Source of the DNA: Felis catus
Lineage: Eukaryota
NCBI RefSeq assembly: GCF_018350175.1
Contig: NC_058368.1
Location: 48,052,001 to 48,116,000, forward strand
DNA length: 64,000 nucleotides
Reading direction: 5' to 3'
Translations under genes and position numbers: made by a program
Notes under the pieces: model-generated
Database searches by the model: none
Told to the model about the DNA's origin: nothing
The model's input: only the letters and a program-made list of their open reading frames with translations
Part shown: positions 52,023 through 64,000 of the stretch, piece after piece
How positions within the stretch are numbered: position 1 is the first letter of the stretch
Layout: each line of letters starts with the position of its first letter

Positions 52023-52851
52023 TTTGTTGGACAAATCATCTCTGTGGGTATTAAGTGACAAAGATGGGCCAAGAGCAGTCCTAAGTGAGTTTAAATTCTC
52101 AATAAAATCGGGTAATAGCCAAGGGAGGTTAGTAACAAAAATGAGAAAAAAATAGATGAATGGTCTCCATTCATCAGGGCTTTTGATGGAAAGAGGGAAA
52201 TGACCCCAAAATGCAATGGATCCCCAACTCCAGGCTCTTGTGTGCAAAGATTCACGAGGACAAAAAAGCTTCCGCCAGAAGGCTGTAGAGGGACTTGTGA
52301 CCTGTGGTCAAAACCCCTCACTTGCACTGGCCCCACCTAGGGCAGCTGTAAGCTTTTTATATTTGTCAGTTTCATACACATTGTCCCAGGTTTATATTTT
52401 GTTATTTTACTTGTTTTCTTTTCTTTAAAACTGTTCCCCAAATTGTATACATTTCAGAACTCTGAAGAGCCTGGATCCACCCTTGCTTGGAGGAATGGGC
52501 AGGGTGGGACTGCAGATAGTTTCAGTTAAAGAAAGTCAAGAGAGCATTCAGAGAACAGGTTGATGAAACGGGAATTTGCCAATGACGCATGGTGAGATTC
52601 AGAGAGTATACTGGAGGGATAGAATCAGTTTCCCAGGGGACTCATAAATTACCATCAGCAGAGAAAAAGTGAAACACAGATCCTTGAAGTTTTTCCTTGA
52701 CTTCCTTTCTGGAAGTTCCTTTTTGAAACAAAGCATGTCCCTTTTGACACTTTGAATATACTTGCCTTGGTCTACTGGTTGAATGACTTGACACAAAAAA
52801 GATAAAGATAAAAATAAACCATTCATTTTTGGCGTGGGCAAAGATTTTTAA

Positions 52852-52875
52852 CTGACTAAGCCAACCAGGCGCCCC
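52852..52875 (-). mobile_element. 24-bp Can-SINE head remnant between TSDs
   Basis: ctgactaagccaaccaggcgcccc flanked by gtgggcaaagatttttaa at 52834-52851 and 52879-52896. Confidence 0.85.
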
Positions 52876-53002
52876 TGTGTGGGCAAAGATTTTTAAAGCA
52901 GGACATGAAAAGTGCTAATTTGAAGGGGGAAAATAATAAATTGATCTGCATTAAAATTGATAGCTGTTCCTCAAAGACAGCATTAGAAGAGTAAAAAAAA
53001 TC

Positions 53003-53230
53003 AGGGTGTCTGTGTGGCTTAGTTGGTTAAGTGTCTGACTCTTGGTTTCTGCTCAGGTTGTGATCTCATGGTTCATGAAATCAAGCCCCATGTCAGGCTC
53101 TGTGCTGACAGTGCAGAGCCTTCTTGGGATTCTTTCTCTCCCTCTCTCTCTGCCCCTCCCCTGCTCTCTCTCTCTCTAAATAAGTAAATAAATAAACGTT
53201 AAAAAAACGTTAAAAAAAGATTAAAAAAAT
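53003..53230 (+). mobile_element. Can-SINE inside an old L1M ORF2 fragment
   Basis: Typical body and tail. Confidence 0.93.
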
Positions 53231-53313
53231 CAAGACACAGACTAAGACAAGACATTACTTGTAATATTATATGCAAATTATACTAACCAGGAACTTGTAT
53301 GAAGAATTATTAA

Positions 53314-53495
53314 GGGACACCTGGGTGGCTCAGTCGAATGAGCGTCAATTGAGTCAATTGAGCGATTGGCTTTTGATTTCTCTCAGGTCATGATCTCAGT
53401 CATGGGATCTAGCCCTGTATCGGGCTCTGCACTGCCAGCACGGAGCCAGCTTGGGATTCTGTCTCTTTCCCTCTCTCTGCCCCTACTCCCTTCAG

Positions 53496-53536
<41 letters not shown>

Positions 53537-53564
53537 ATGTGTGCTCACTCTCTCAAAATAAATA
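53314..53564 (+). mobile_element. Can-SINE with internal (TG)n and head micro-duplications
   Basis: TSD aagaattattaa at 53302-53313 and 53565-53576. Confidence 0.92.
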
Positions 53565-53789
53565 AAGAATTATTAACAGCTACAGTCTATGTGATTTTTG
53601 TTGATTTTAATTCCAGCCTTTACCTTATGTATACATTTTTGTTTTATTATTGTGTTTCCGCTTTATTTTACAAAAGTGGGATCATGCTCTGTGTTAGTTT
53701 GTACCCTATCCCCCTCACTGAATTTAGTAGTGTATAAGTAGTAGGATCTTAGAAATATAAAGCACAAATAAAACATATCGTCTAATCAT

Positions 53790-54140
53790 TTTTTTTTAAA
53801 AGTCAATGTCATTTCATTTTGTTATTGGGATGTAATTGACATATAACATTATATCAGTATCAGGTGTATAACATAATGATTTGATATTTGTATACACCAT
53901 GAAACCATCACCACACTAAATCTAGTTACACTCGTCACCACACATAGTTATAAAATTTGTTTTTCTTGTGGTGAGAAGTCTTCAGATTCACTCTCCCAGC
54001 AGCTTTCAAAAATACAGTATTGTTAACTGTTGCCACCACCCCTGAGGACCTTATAATTGGAAGTTTGAACCTTTTGGCCACCTTTACCCATTTTGCCCAC
54101 CCTCCGCCTCTGGCACCACCAACCTGTTCTCCATTTCTTG
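53790..54140 (-). mobile_element. L1MA/carnivore L1 3' end
   Basis: 'taattgacatataacattatat...caggtgtataacataatgatttgatatttgtatac...atcaccacactaaatctagtta'. Confidence 0.8.
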
Positions 54141-55354
54141 TAGAGTTTTAGAGGAGTGAAGGGACTCCCTCCACGTTACATAACTGGTCGATCCTGGTGG
54201 AGCACTGTGTCCTGACCCCTGGTCCACTTCTCCTCCGCTGGGGAGAGAAACTCTTCCGGAGAGCCTTGCATTAATCCTTTGCTTTCACCCTAGGTTGTAC
54301 CCAAGTGGGTGCCTGCCCCTTTGTAAAAAAATATCTGTGAAAGCAATTTTCATCATTTGTTTCACAAGCTCGTGTTTTTGGGGGTGTCCAGATTCCTGTA
54401 GGGATGAAATTTTGACGAATTATAATATCCCTTCGTCTCCAGGATAAAAAAGAAAAACTCTTGAGGAGTAAGAAGGAAGAGAAACATTCACTGCTAAGAA
54501 AGGTTCAGGTTGCAAATTTCTCTTGCTTATTTATTGAGGTTAAAAGTTAAACTGGATTAGGACAATCATATTTTTCTGACACGTTGACTTGCTTCTTAAG
54601 AAAACATATTTAGCTTTTCTTCTTCATGAATCATTTCAGTAGAAGAGCCAGGAGTTATGTTCTTATGCTGAGTAGAAACACTGAAGGCCCCTTTGTGAGG
54701 GATTTAGCCAGCCACATGTATTCATTTGGCTCATTTTCCCCCTCTGGGCTAAATCTTGATTTAAAATTTGTGTGTGGACCAGAAGGAGAGGCATTTGGGC
54801 TCATTTCTGTGATTTTCCATAGACAAAATTAGCACCGAATTTATGGGCCCGATAGCATTGTTTTCCAAGCCACGGGCAGGAAGTTTTTCTCTTTGTCATC
54901 CTTTCCTTCTTTGCCATTTCCCTACAGTTACTCTTTCTCCTGGTTCCCAAAATCTGGCTCATTTTGTGCTGAGGAGTGAGAAGAAATGGGGCTGAGAATA
55001 AAGGGAAGAGGTGCCAACCTTTAGAATAACAACAATTTGATATTAATAAATCTTCCCTTCAAATGGACTGCTCCACTCATAAAGCTGATTTATGCTGTCA
55101 CATATGGGACCTTTCATTTCACGTGACCCTTTTGTTTGCAGAGGTCATAATCTCTGCATGTAGAAATTTCCCATTATCATTGTTGGAAGGTTTCAGGTAT
55201 GAGGCACACTTTCCATTTAGGTCTTCAGTAGAATATAAATATGACCTATTTTCTTTGTTTGTTTTGAGAGAGAATTAAATTTCACACCCACCTAATCAAA
55301 AATGGCTGGAAATTACTTATCATGACATTTCCCCCCTTCAAAATAGGGAAATAA

Positions 55355-56265
55355 CTAGGATTTTTATTCTGATTGTAAATAATTTAGGCAATACAAACAC
55401 ATATAAAGGAGAAAGTAAAAATTCTACGTAATCCTACCACTGAAAGATAACTTGATGTAATTTTAATGTATATTCTTCTTTTAAAAAAAATGAGATTCTA
55501 CTATAAACATTCTTTTGTAACAAGTCTTTTTTAGTTAAATGTATATTGGTCTTTTTATATGTCAATAAATATAAATTTATATCCTTAATAAATAATATTC
55601 CATCTATAAATGTACCATCTCTATTTGATTCAGTATTGATAGACAGTTAGCTCTTTCTAATTTTTGCCAATGTGCGAATCCCTGTGATGTATACCTTTAT
55701 ATATAATACTCTGTGCTCTTCTCCAATCAATTCCTAGGGAATAATCCTTAAGAGGAGAATTTCTCTGTACATCACTGAGGTTTGTAACGCATTATCACCA
55801 TATTTCTTCCTAGAAAAGTTTCACTGCCTTACCTTCTCACCAAGAATGTATGAAAATGACTTGTTTCCTTCAACCTCATCAGGATAGACATTTGCATTTT
55901 AAAAATTCTTTCTCTGCCCACTAGGTAAAAGTAATATTGTTATGTTAGCTTGAATTTCTTTGATTATCAATGAGGCTGAATATCTTTTCTTATTTGTTAT
56001 TTGTGTCTTAAGATGTAAATTCTCTTTTGAATTCTTTGTCCATTTTTCTATGAAACCATTTCTTTAAATTGATTTTTGAGAACTTCTGGATTAAGCATGG
56101 ACAACCTTTTGCCCACCATATATTTAACATGTTCTGTTTCTAGATTTTTGTTTATGGTGGGTTTTGCTCTACAAATTTTATTCTTATTTGGTCCAATCTA
56201 CTATGCCTGATCAATAATTTCTGAATTTGGGTGTTACATTCAGAAAGGCCTTCTGAACTAATTTT
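55355..56265 (-). mobile_element. Old L1ME fragment
   Basis: 'ttgaatttctttgattatcaatgaggctgaatatctttt...ttctttgtccatttttctat'. Confidence 0.7.
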
Positions 56266-56987
56266 TAAAGAGAGATAAAGAAATATGTACTAGCCTCCTT
56301 GCACACTCAGTAATGGATAATATAAATAGATTAATAACAGCAGAGTCTGGATTACTGGAGGACTTCAGATTCGATACTTTTTAAACATAGAATTTTCAGA
56401 AATTTTTACTCATGGAGATTAACTTACAGCAAATCAATGAAAGACCAAAAAAAAATCTGTAATTCACAATTACTTTGTGATTATAATTTTGTAGAAGTTA
56501 TTAGACTTAATTTACATTTAGGTATTTGTCATTGGTTGACATTTATTCTTTCTGTCTTTATTCCATACTAAGATATCCATTTTTGCTTTTCTGGTGGGTA
56601 TTCAGTTCAATTAAGGTAAGGCTGAGTAAATTAATAATATTGAAAAGTACAATGCGTAAAAGTCTATTTAAAGTGATACAGTGACATCATAACAAAAATT
56701 AGTATATTCATACTTCATAAACTAATGTTTAAATTGACTTAATTATTGTTTCCATGTTGTTTGCAGCATGACTTCTGCCTACCAGTGATTTGGCACAGGT
56801 TTCCATTTGCTTTGGTCCTGTTATCCTTCCTGGTTCTGTATATCTTGTTTGTGTTATTGTTTGCTATATTGGGACCCATTAATAAAATGTTAACTTGAAA
56901 ACTTGCTGTGAAAACATTTCATAGTCTTGGATCCAATCTGTGTAATTTACTCAGGTTGTAGGTAAAACACTCAATGCCTTCTATTGT

Positions 56988-57205
56988 TTTTTTTTTTTTT
57001 TTTTTAACGTTTGTTTATTTTTGAGACAGAGAGAGACAGAGAATGAACGGGGGAGGGTCAGAGAGAGGGAGACACAGAATCTAAAACAGGCTCCAGGCTC
57101 TGAGCAGTCAGCACAGAGCCTGATGCGCGCTCGAACTCACTGACCGCGAGATCATGACCTGAGCCAAAGTCGGACGCTTAACCGACTGAGCCACCCAGGC
57201 GCCCC
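56988..57205 (-). mobile_element. Young Can-SINE
   Basis: Pure T tail; TSD caatgccttctattgt at 56972-56987 and 57207-57222. Confidence 0.97.
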
Positions 57206-57273
57206 ACAATGCCTTCTATTGTATTGCATCTAGCTTGGGTCCTCATGAAAATTCAAGTGTAAAATGCTTTATA

Positions 57274-57641
57274 TAAGATGACTATGCTTTTTGTCCAAAG
57301 TACGGTATCTTTAAGAGTAGGAGGATTGTAGAGACTATTTTTAAAAAACCGTTTTTTAATGTTTATTTTTTTGAGAGAGAGAGAGAAAGTGTGAGCAAGG
57401 GAAGGACAGAGAGAGAGGGAGACACAGAATGCAAAGCAGGCTCCAGGCTCTGAGCTGTCAGCACAGAGACAGAAGCAGGGCTCGAACCCATGAACTGTGA
57501 GATCATGACCTGAGCAAAGTTGGACGTTTAACCGACTGAGCCACCCAGGTGCCCCAGGATTGTAGAGACTATTAATAACTAAGCCAGAATAACAGGAATA
57601 AACTGGAAATATCCCAGGTAAACCAGGGTAAAAGATAACCC
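57274..57641. mobile_element. MER94-like hAT-Blackjack element split by a SINE
   Basis: 'gatgactat...gtccaaag...ctattaataact...taaactgg...tcccaggtaaaccagg...accct'. Confidence 0.6.
57340..57555 (-). mobile_element. Can-SINE
   Basis: TSD aggattgtagagactatt at 57322-57339 and 57556-57573. Confidence 0.96.
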
Positions 57642-57834
57642 TATTTAGAGAAAGATTATAAAATACATGTGGGGATATTATCATAATTGAAAATAAATTT
57701 CTTCTTGAAATTGCTTATTTAGATATATTTCTTAATGTTCTGACATAAGAAGATAGATTCTATACTAACTCCTTAATCTGGTTATCTTTCATTCAATTTA
57801 AAGCTTCCTAGTCCCCATTCCTAATAAGATATAA

Positions 57835-58390
57835 TTTTTCTTTCTTCTTTTTCCTTCCTTCCTTCCTTCCTTCCTTCCTTCCTTCCTTCCTTCCTTCCTT
57901 CATTCCTTCCAGTCTCTTTCCCTCCCTCTCTCCATCCCTCTCTTCCTCCCTTCCTTGTTTTGTTTCTTTTCTCTTTTTTTTATTAAAATTTTTTTTTAAT
58001 GTTTATTTATTTTTGAGAGAGACAGAGACAGAATGAGAGTGGGTTAAGGGCAGAGAGAGAGGGAGACACAGAATCCAAAGCACCCTCCAGGCTCTGAGCT
58101 GTCAGCACAGAGCCCAACATGGGGCTCAAACCCACGAGCTGTGAGATCATGACCTGAGCTGAAGTCGGATGCTCAACAGACTGAGCCACCCAGGCACCCC
58201 TCTTTCTTTCTTTTCCTTTCCTTTCCTCTTTCTTTCCTTTCCTTTTTCTTTTCTTTCCTTTCTTATTCTCTTTCTTTCTTTCTTTTCTCCCTCCCTCCCT
58301 CCTTTCATTCCTTCCTTCCCTCCCTCTTTTCCTTCCTTCCTTCCTTCCTTCTTTCCTTCCTTCTTTCCTTCTTTCCTTCCTTCCTTCCCC
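57835..58390. repeat. (CCTT)n / CT-rich tracts flanking a SINE
   Basis: Pyrimidine tracts at 57835-57980 and 58201-58390. Confidence 0.93.
57975..58200 (-). mobile_element. Can-SINE
   Basis: Full body ending caggcacccc at 58200. Confidence 0.95.
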
Positions 58391-58639
58391 CGCAAGGTTG
58401 AGGAATGGAAGCAAAAAAAAACAAAACAAAACAAAACAAAAAACATTTATAGTAAGATACCTCAACCTGAAAAGGCTATGTTTATTTATGTAATCTGTGT
58501 ATTTACTTGTTTTTGATGATTACGAAATGTTTGTAAGCCATTAGTTAGGGACTTACTGGATTAGAATGTAGTTTGTGTATAGTAAATATTAAGAACAGTA
58601 ATAGCTAATGAGCAGTATAGCAGAGTATGAGTAAGCGGA

Positions 58640-58815
58640 TAATAATAATAGTCATTCTACATATATTATCTTTAATCCTTGTAAAAACCCTGTAAGGTAC
58701 CATTAGCCCCATTTTACAGATGAGGAAAATGAGGTTCACTAGCTTGCTGAAGGTCACAAAGTTGGGATAAAGATAACCACTGTCTGAATCCAAACCCCAT
58801 GATCTTCACTGTACA
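58640..58815 (-). mobile_element. MIR
   Basis: 'tttaatccttgtaaaaaccctgtaaggtaccattagccccattttacagatgaggaaaatgagg'. Confidence 0.88.
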
Positions 58816-59214
58816 AGTTGTGTCTCTCTTAAGACCTGGAAATTGCCCTTGTCTTCTCTCCGTCATCATCTTAAATTTTCTCCACAATGATTAAAAACCT
58901 ATAATTACAATATTGTGTGTCTTTCCAGCAAAAATAAATATGTTATTTATGTTGTCTATACAGTCAATTTCCTGGTCTACCTGTTATGTCTGCTTGGCCA
59001 ACATGTTTCACCAAACAGAATTACAACAGTCTTCCACAACCAATGGCTGTATACCAGGGACAGGAGTGATAATATTTACTCACTTAGCTACAGTAGTTTT
59101 GGAGGTTGTAATGGACTAACAAATAATAATTTTTTTCCTAAAACAGATTATAGACCTGCTTGTTTAGTCTCCAAAGATGGCAATCTGCCATAGTAGCCAG
59201 TTTAAGCCACTTCT

Positions 59215-59431
59215 AAATTTTTTTTTTTTACATTTATTCATTTGAGAGTGAGAGAGACAGAGCATGAGTGGGGGAGGGGCAGAGAGAGAGGGAGACAGAA
59301 TCAGAAGCAGGCTCCATCCAGGCTCTGAGCTGTCAGCCCAGAGCCCGACGCAGGGCTCGAACTCATGGACTGGGAGATTATGACCTGAGCCAAAGTCAGA
59401 CACTCAACTGACTGAGCCACCCAGGCACCCC
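59215..59431 (-). mobile_element. Can-SINE
   Basis: TSD taagccacttct at 59203-59214 and 59432-59443. Confidence 0.96.
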
Positions 59432-60684
59432 TAAGCCACTTCTTACATACTCTTTCTACTGTACCCCACAGCCATAGCACACCCATCTCCCTGAGCCTCA
59501 TTTAGGTAACAGGAGCACAGGTCCCTGATTTCTGTGGAAACTGTTCATAAAAACACAGTCTGATGAGTGGTAATGACGCATTGATAAACACAAACACAAT
59601 GCCATTGATTATATACAACAACAACAATATCTAACTAAGGGGATCTGCACTCGTGTGTTAGTAACCAGGACAAAGGCTAAATCAGAGCCCCATGTAGAAG
59701 CTGAGGTCCTGGAACATTGGGAACATTGGCTCTGAAAATTCTAGCACCTTTTATGTCCATTCCCACTAATCTGACCTGCAGTCCACCTACTAATACATTC
59801 TGGAGTCACTCGAAGTCAAGGGCACATATTCCTGCTTTGAAACATTTGCAATCCAACTTCCTGAAGGCCAAAATAGAGACTGTTGGCCTCTTTGCCAATT
59901 ACTTTCTTTCTACTATCCCATGAAATCTACCATGCTGAATTGAATCATTTACTAGACAAGGTTCCAGTTGTAGTTCTCTTCTAACTTGATTCTTCCACCC
60001 TACCTATAATATATTAACATTCTCTTGATTATAAAAAACAACTCTCCCCTTCAAAAAAGTCTCCCAACAAAAACTTCACATTTACTTAATAGTGTCTCCC
60101 GTTCAAATTCTTGCCCTATCGCTAGCTTTTTAAATTGATATTGACATACTTTTTCAAACTTCTTTTTCTATTTAAAAACATTACCAGTGATTTTTTTTTT
60201 TAATTTGAAACAATCCCAGCCTTTCAGAAAATGGGCAAATACAGTATAAAGTACTTTTCTCCCTGAGCTGCTTGAGAGAAAGTTGCCGTCGCTCCTAAAA
60301 TATTTATGATTTGGGACAGAGACTTCAGTAATGTTCATCTCTGTGTTCTCCGTAGTTAGAAACCATACTGCTTTCTCCATTGTTCTGCCATTGCAACTGC
60401 TGAGCCATTTAGTTCAACTTCACTAGATGATGTTAAAGTCTTCTTCAAAGGAGATGCCAGACTTTCTGAAATAATCTGGTGTCTTCCACCTTCTTCACTA
60501 ACCAGTCAGGCTGGGCTCTACTCTGGTCCTCTACAGGAAGCTCTCCTGTGAAGATCGTATCAGACCTGTAACCGTTCACACTCTGATGGTCTTACTCTCT
60601 ATTCTTATCCTCTTTGGTTGCTCCGTAGCACTTGACATGTCTTACCTCCCTGTACTTTTTGAAACTGTCCTTGTGACTGGTTTC

Positions 60685-60815
60685 ATTCACTTGTTTATTT
60701 ATTCAGCAGATATCTGTTGTTGAGCACCTGATGTGATCCAGGCACTCTGTTAGGCATGTGGGTCCAATGGTGAGTATGACAGAGAAGCCCTCCATCCTTG
60801 TGAAGCTAACATCAA
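60685..60815 (-). mobile_element. L2 3' end
   Basis: 'ttattcagcagatatctgttgttgagcacctgatgtgatccaggcactctgttaggc'. Confidence 0.7.
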
Positions 60816-61406
60816 ACTATATGAATTTTCTGAAACCACATGTTGCATCATCCACTATGTGCTCCTATGCCTTTAATGCCTTCTTTTAAATTGAAAACAA
60901 ACTTTCTAGTCCTTATTTAACAGCCTCCTATAATGATATCCTAGACTACCTTTCTAACGTTGCCCTCCATTACTGTCATACCTGACACCGGTAGTTTCTA
61001 AACAGAGCACCAAGGACCCCTGCCCTGGGGAACAAACTTATTGTGTCAATGGATCCATGAATCCATGTATACCTCAATATTAGACTGAATCAATACTATC
61101 CTTTGTACATCTCATCTCTATGTTGTTCAAATGTATATAGATGTTGTGGTAAATTTATTCCAAAGTGAATTTAGAGTGACTTTGTCTATGACAACGTTGT
61201 CTTGATGTATTATTTTCTATGAAAGGCTACAATGATTTCCATATTGGGTGGGGCACAAACTCTTTTCGTGTTTACAAGTAAACCTAAGTTTCCAAAAGTC
61301 TTTATTCTAGCAAACGTGGACAATTTTTCCCCTCACTATCTTGCCTTCAAGTTTTTGCTAGAGTTCAGTTTCCTGTGGCTTACTTTCTCCTTTAAAAATT
61401 CTTTCT

Positions 61407-61832
61407 AGAGGTATCTCAGTCAATTAAGCATCCGACTTCGGCTCAGGTCATGATCTCACAGTTTGTGAGTTCAAGCCCTGCATTCGGTTCTGTGCTGACA
61501 GCCCAGAGTCTACAGCCTGCTTCAGATTCTGTGTCTCCCTCTCTCTCTGCCCCTTCCCTGCTCACACTCTGTCTCTGTCTCTCAAAAATAAATAAATGTT
61601 AAAGTTAAAAAATTCTTTCTGGGGGTGCCTGGGTGGCTCAGTCGGTTAAGTGTCTGACTCCTGGTTTTGGCTCAGGTCATGATCTCACGGTTTGTCAGTT
61701 CGAGGCCCGCGTCTGGCTCTGTGCTGGCAGCATGGAGCCTGCTTGGGATTCTCTCTCTGTCCCTCTCTCTCTGCCCCTCCTCTGCTCTCACCCATACTGT
61801 CTCTCTCAAAATAAATACAAATAAGCTTAAAA
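61407..61832 (+). mobile_element. Two tandem Can-SINEs (61407-61607, 61621-61832)
   Basis: Target aaaaattctttct present three times (61394, 61608, 61833). Confidence 0.95.
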
Positions 61833-62129
61833 AAAAATTCTTTCTAAGGTTCAGTTTTTGTTTAAAAAATTCTCTACTGCAAAGTGCCTTTTCCTGTTGT
61901 AATCTTTCCCTGGACTATCCTTTTCTATGATTATCCCAGTGCTATGTGTAAGAGACTATGTTTAACTTGTCTTTGTGTACCTGAAACACCCAGCATAGTG
62001 CTACACATCATATGAGCAGAAAAGCTTGTCACGTTGACATAAAGATTGTCCTGAAAATAATCAGTATCAATAAATATATAACATAAAACTCATACACTAG
62101 AGTCAACAGAAATAAGGTGACATATTTCA

Positions 62130-62360
62130 TTTATTTATTTATTTATTTATTTATTCATTTATTTATTTATTTTGAGAGAAAGAGAGAGCGAGTGTGTGAG
62201 CAGGGGAGGGGCAGAGAGAGAGGGAAAGAGAGAATCTCAGTAAGGCTCCACACTCAGCATAGAGCCCCACACGGGGCTCTCTCTATCCCATGACCACAAG
62301 ATCACTACTTGAACCAATATCAAGAGTCAGCTGCTTAAGCAACTGAGCCACCAGGTGCCT
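62130..62360 (-). mobile_element. Can-SINE with (TTTA)n tail
   Basis: TSD taaggtgacata(t/c)ttca at 62113-62129 and 62361-62377. Confidence 0.95.
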
Positions 62361-64000
62361 TAAGGTGACATACTTCAATTATTTTTTACTTTAATGAAAA
62401 AAAAAATTGTATGAATCCCCCATTATGCTACTTTAGAGCTTGTAGAGCTCTAGAATTTATCCTGATTTTCAGCTATTTTTAGCCCCTATACCTAATGCAC
62501 AAGAGGCTGAATTAACTCATGTTTATTTCACATGCAAAATAAATTTTCTCTTATAGATAATATAAGAATCTACCTCCTAACAATAGTGCCTAATTAGTGT
62601 ATTTCTATGAAGGACTCACTTATCAAAGTTAAGGGAGGAACTCATCCTTGGTATTGTGTTGTGAAGGAAATCTTACCATTATGTACTGCACAACTCTGAG
62701 AGATTTTTAAGTTATCACTGGGGACAGAGACTATCTCTTTCATCTCTGTACTTTTCTACTCATAGAGAAAACATATTGCTTCACATGTAAAGTGTGTTCA
62801 AAGCATCTAGTAAGTGAACACACACCTGAAACAGCCACAAGGCAGCCTCTGTGTTGAGCATGAATTAGATCTAGTTAAGTCAAACAGGCCCCCCGAGTGA
62901 TAATTACTTACTTACTATCGAGGCCCAATACATAGGCTAGGCCTTCATCTATATTTACATAAGAGAAAAATATTAAACCCTATTATGCCTCTTCTTTCTC
63001 CCATTTTATCAAAATTGTATGGTATATTTTTTCTCACTCTATTCACAGAGAATGATAACAATTTCAAAAAAAAATCTGTGCCTTCCTCGGTTACCAGTGT
63101 TCAAACTACATACTGCTTTTAGATCAGTTACAGCTGGACAGGTATACATCTGAGAATAGGAAACTGCAAAGCGATCCTCGGAGACCTTCCAGAATTGCAA
63201 ACTATAACTTTGGCCAGTCTCTATCAATCAAGAGAAACTGGTGATGGGGAGTTCAGAAGTCCATTTTTCCCTTGCCCTTTATCTGTGACTTACATTTATT
63301 AGAGAATGGGTTATTATCGGTTGAGATTCAGGGTATCACTTCTTCGCCAGTTTAGAGACCAGTCATTCTGACTTTAACTGGGAAATCATCTCAAAATTAG
63401 AAGTGATGCTTCTACATGAAGAAAAATTTGTTCTTGTCTTAGTGAGAACAGAGTACTGAAAAAAAGTCATGAGGCCTGAATAAGAGAGAATTTCCTGGGG
63501 AAGGATTGAGAACTGCAAGCACGGGTACACTTTATACAATTGTGACCTGGGATCAAAGCGCCTTGGTGGGACTGACCGAAACCGTCCCCCTCCCACTGCA
63601 GAGCCAGGAACAGAATTTGGGAAATCCCATGAGACTGAATTGGGACTACAGTCAGAATGATAGTCATATAAATTTAGAAACTAACTCCTCATGGCAGTAG
63701 GATTAGGAAAATGTCCTGAAGTTCAATTGATTCTATCATCAGACAGCTATTTTTAAAAATGTTTTTTAAAACCTCCATATAGTCTTACTGGGGTGCGGTG
63801 CTTACTTCCTCCTTCCTTTATCTTGGCAGAACATCCCCATAATCAGTTTCCCACAAGGAAATGCCAAATCCTAACATCAGACGGTTAGAGCAAATAAAAA
63901 TTATTCCACATTTTCCTTTGCTGAAGAATCATTAGTACCATTACCATTAAATCTTTAAGAATATATCCAATTGTTGAATACATTTCTAGGAACTGGAACA

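Noticed and set aside
1..64000. CRISPR arrays, operons, tRNA/snRNA genes, CpG-island promoter
   Set aside because: Mammalian non-coding DNA: no regular repeat-spacer array, tRNA-like boxes occur only inside SINEs, and there is no extended CpG-rich tract.

Overview
Eukaryotic, AT-rich, CpG-depleted mammalian DNA. The tRNA-derived Can-SINEs (feliform SINEC_Fc type) and L1_Fc-like LINE-1 fragments point to a felid; the species cannot be determined. I find no recognisable host protein-coding gene, RNA gene, CpG island or prokaryotic system, so the window reads as a large intron or intergenic region. It holds about 30 Can-SINE copies or fragments, one very young 5'-truncated L1 (35318-36705, uninterrupted ORF2 C-terminus, perfect 16-bp TSD) and older L1/L2/MIR/CR1, LTR and DNA-transposon fossils. 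Almost all ORF-track entries are repeat- or microsatellite-derived or chance. Best leads: (1) an AmnSINE1-like element at ~2725-3040 that keeps its 5S rRNA-derived head, a family known for exaptation as enhancers; (2) a CpG-retaining non-repeat block at 22863-23052 bounded by canonical splice sites on both strands; (3) a repeat-poor 4-kb block with a possible 27-nt microexon; (4) several SINE rearrangements (duplicated B box, a 24-bp remnant between TSDs, nested insertions). I cannot support a new biological system here. Repeat family names come from recalled consensus sequences and need RepeatMasker/Dfam confirmation; old-repeat boundaries are approximate.
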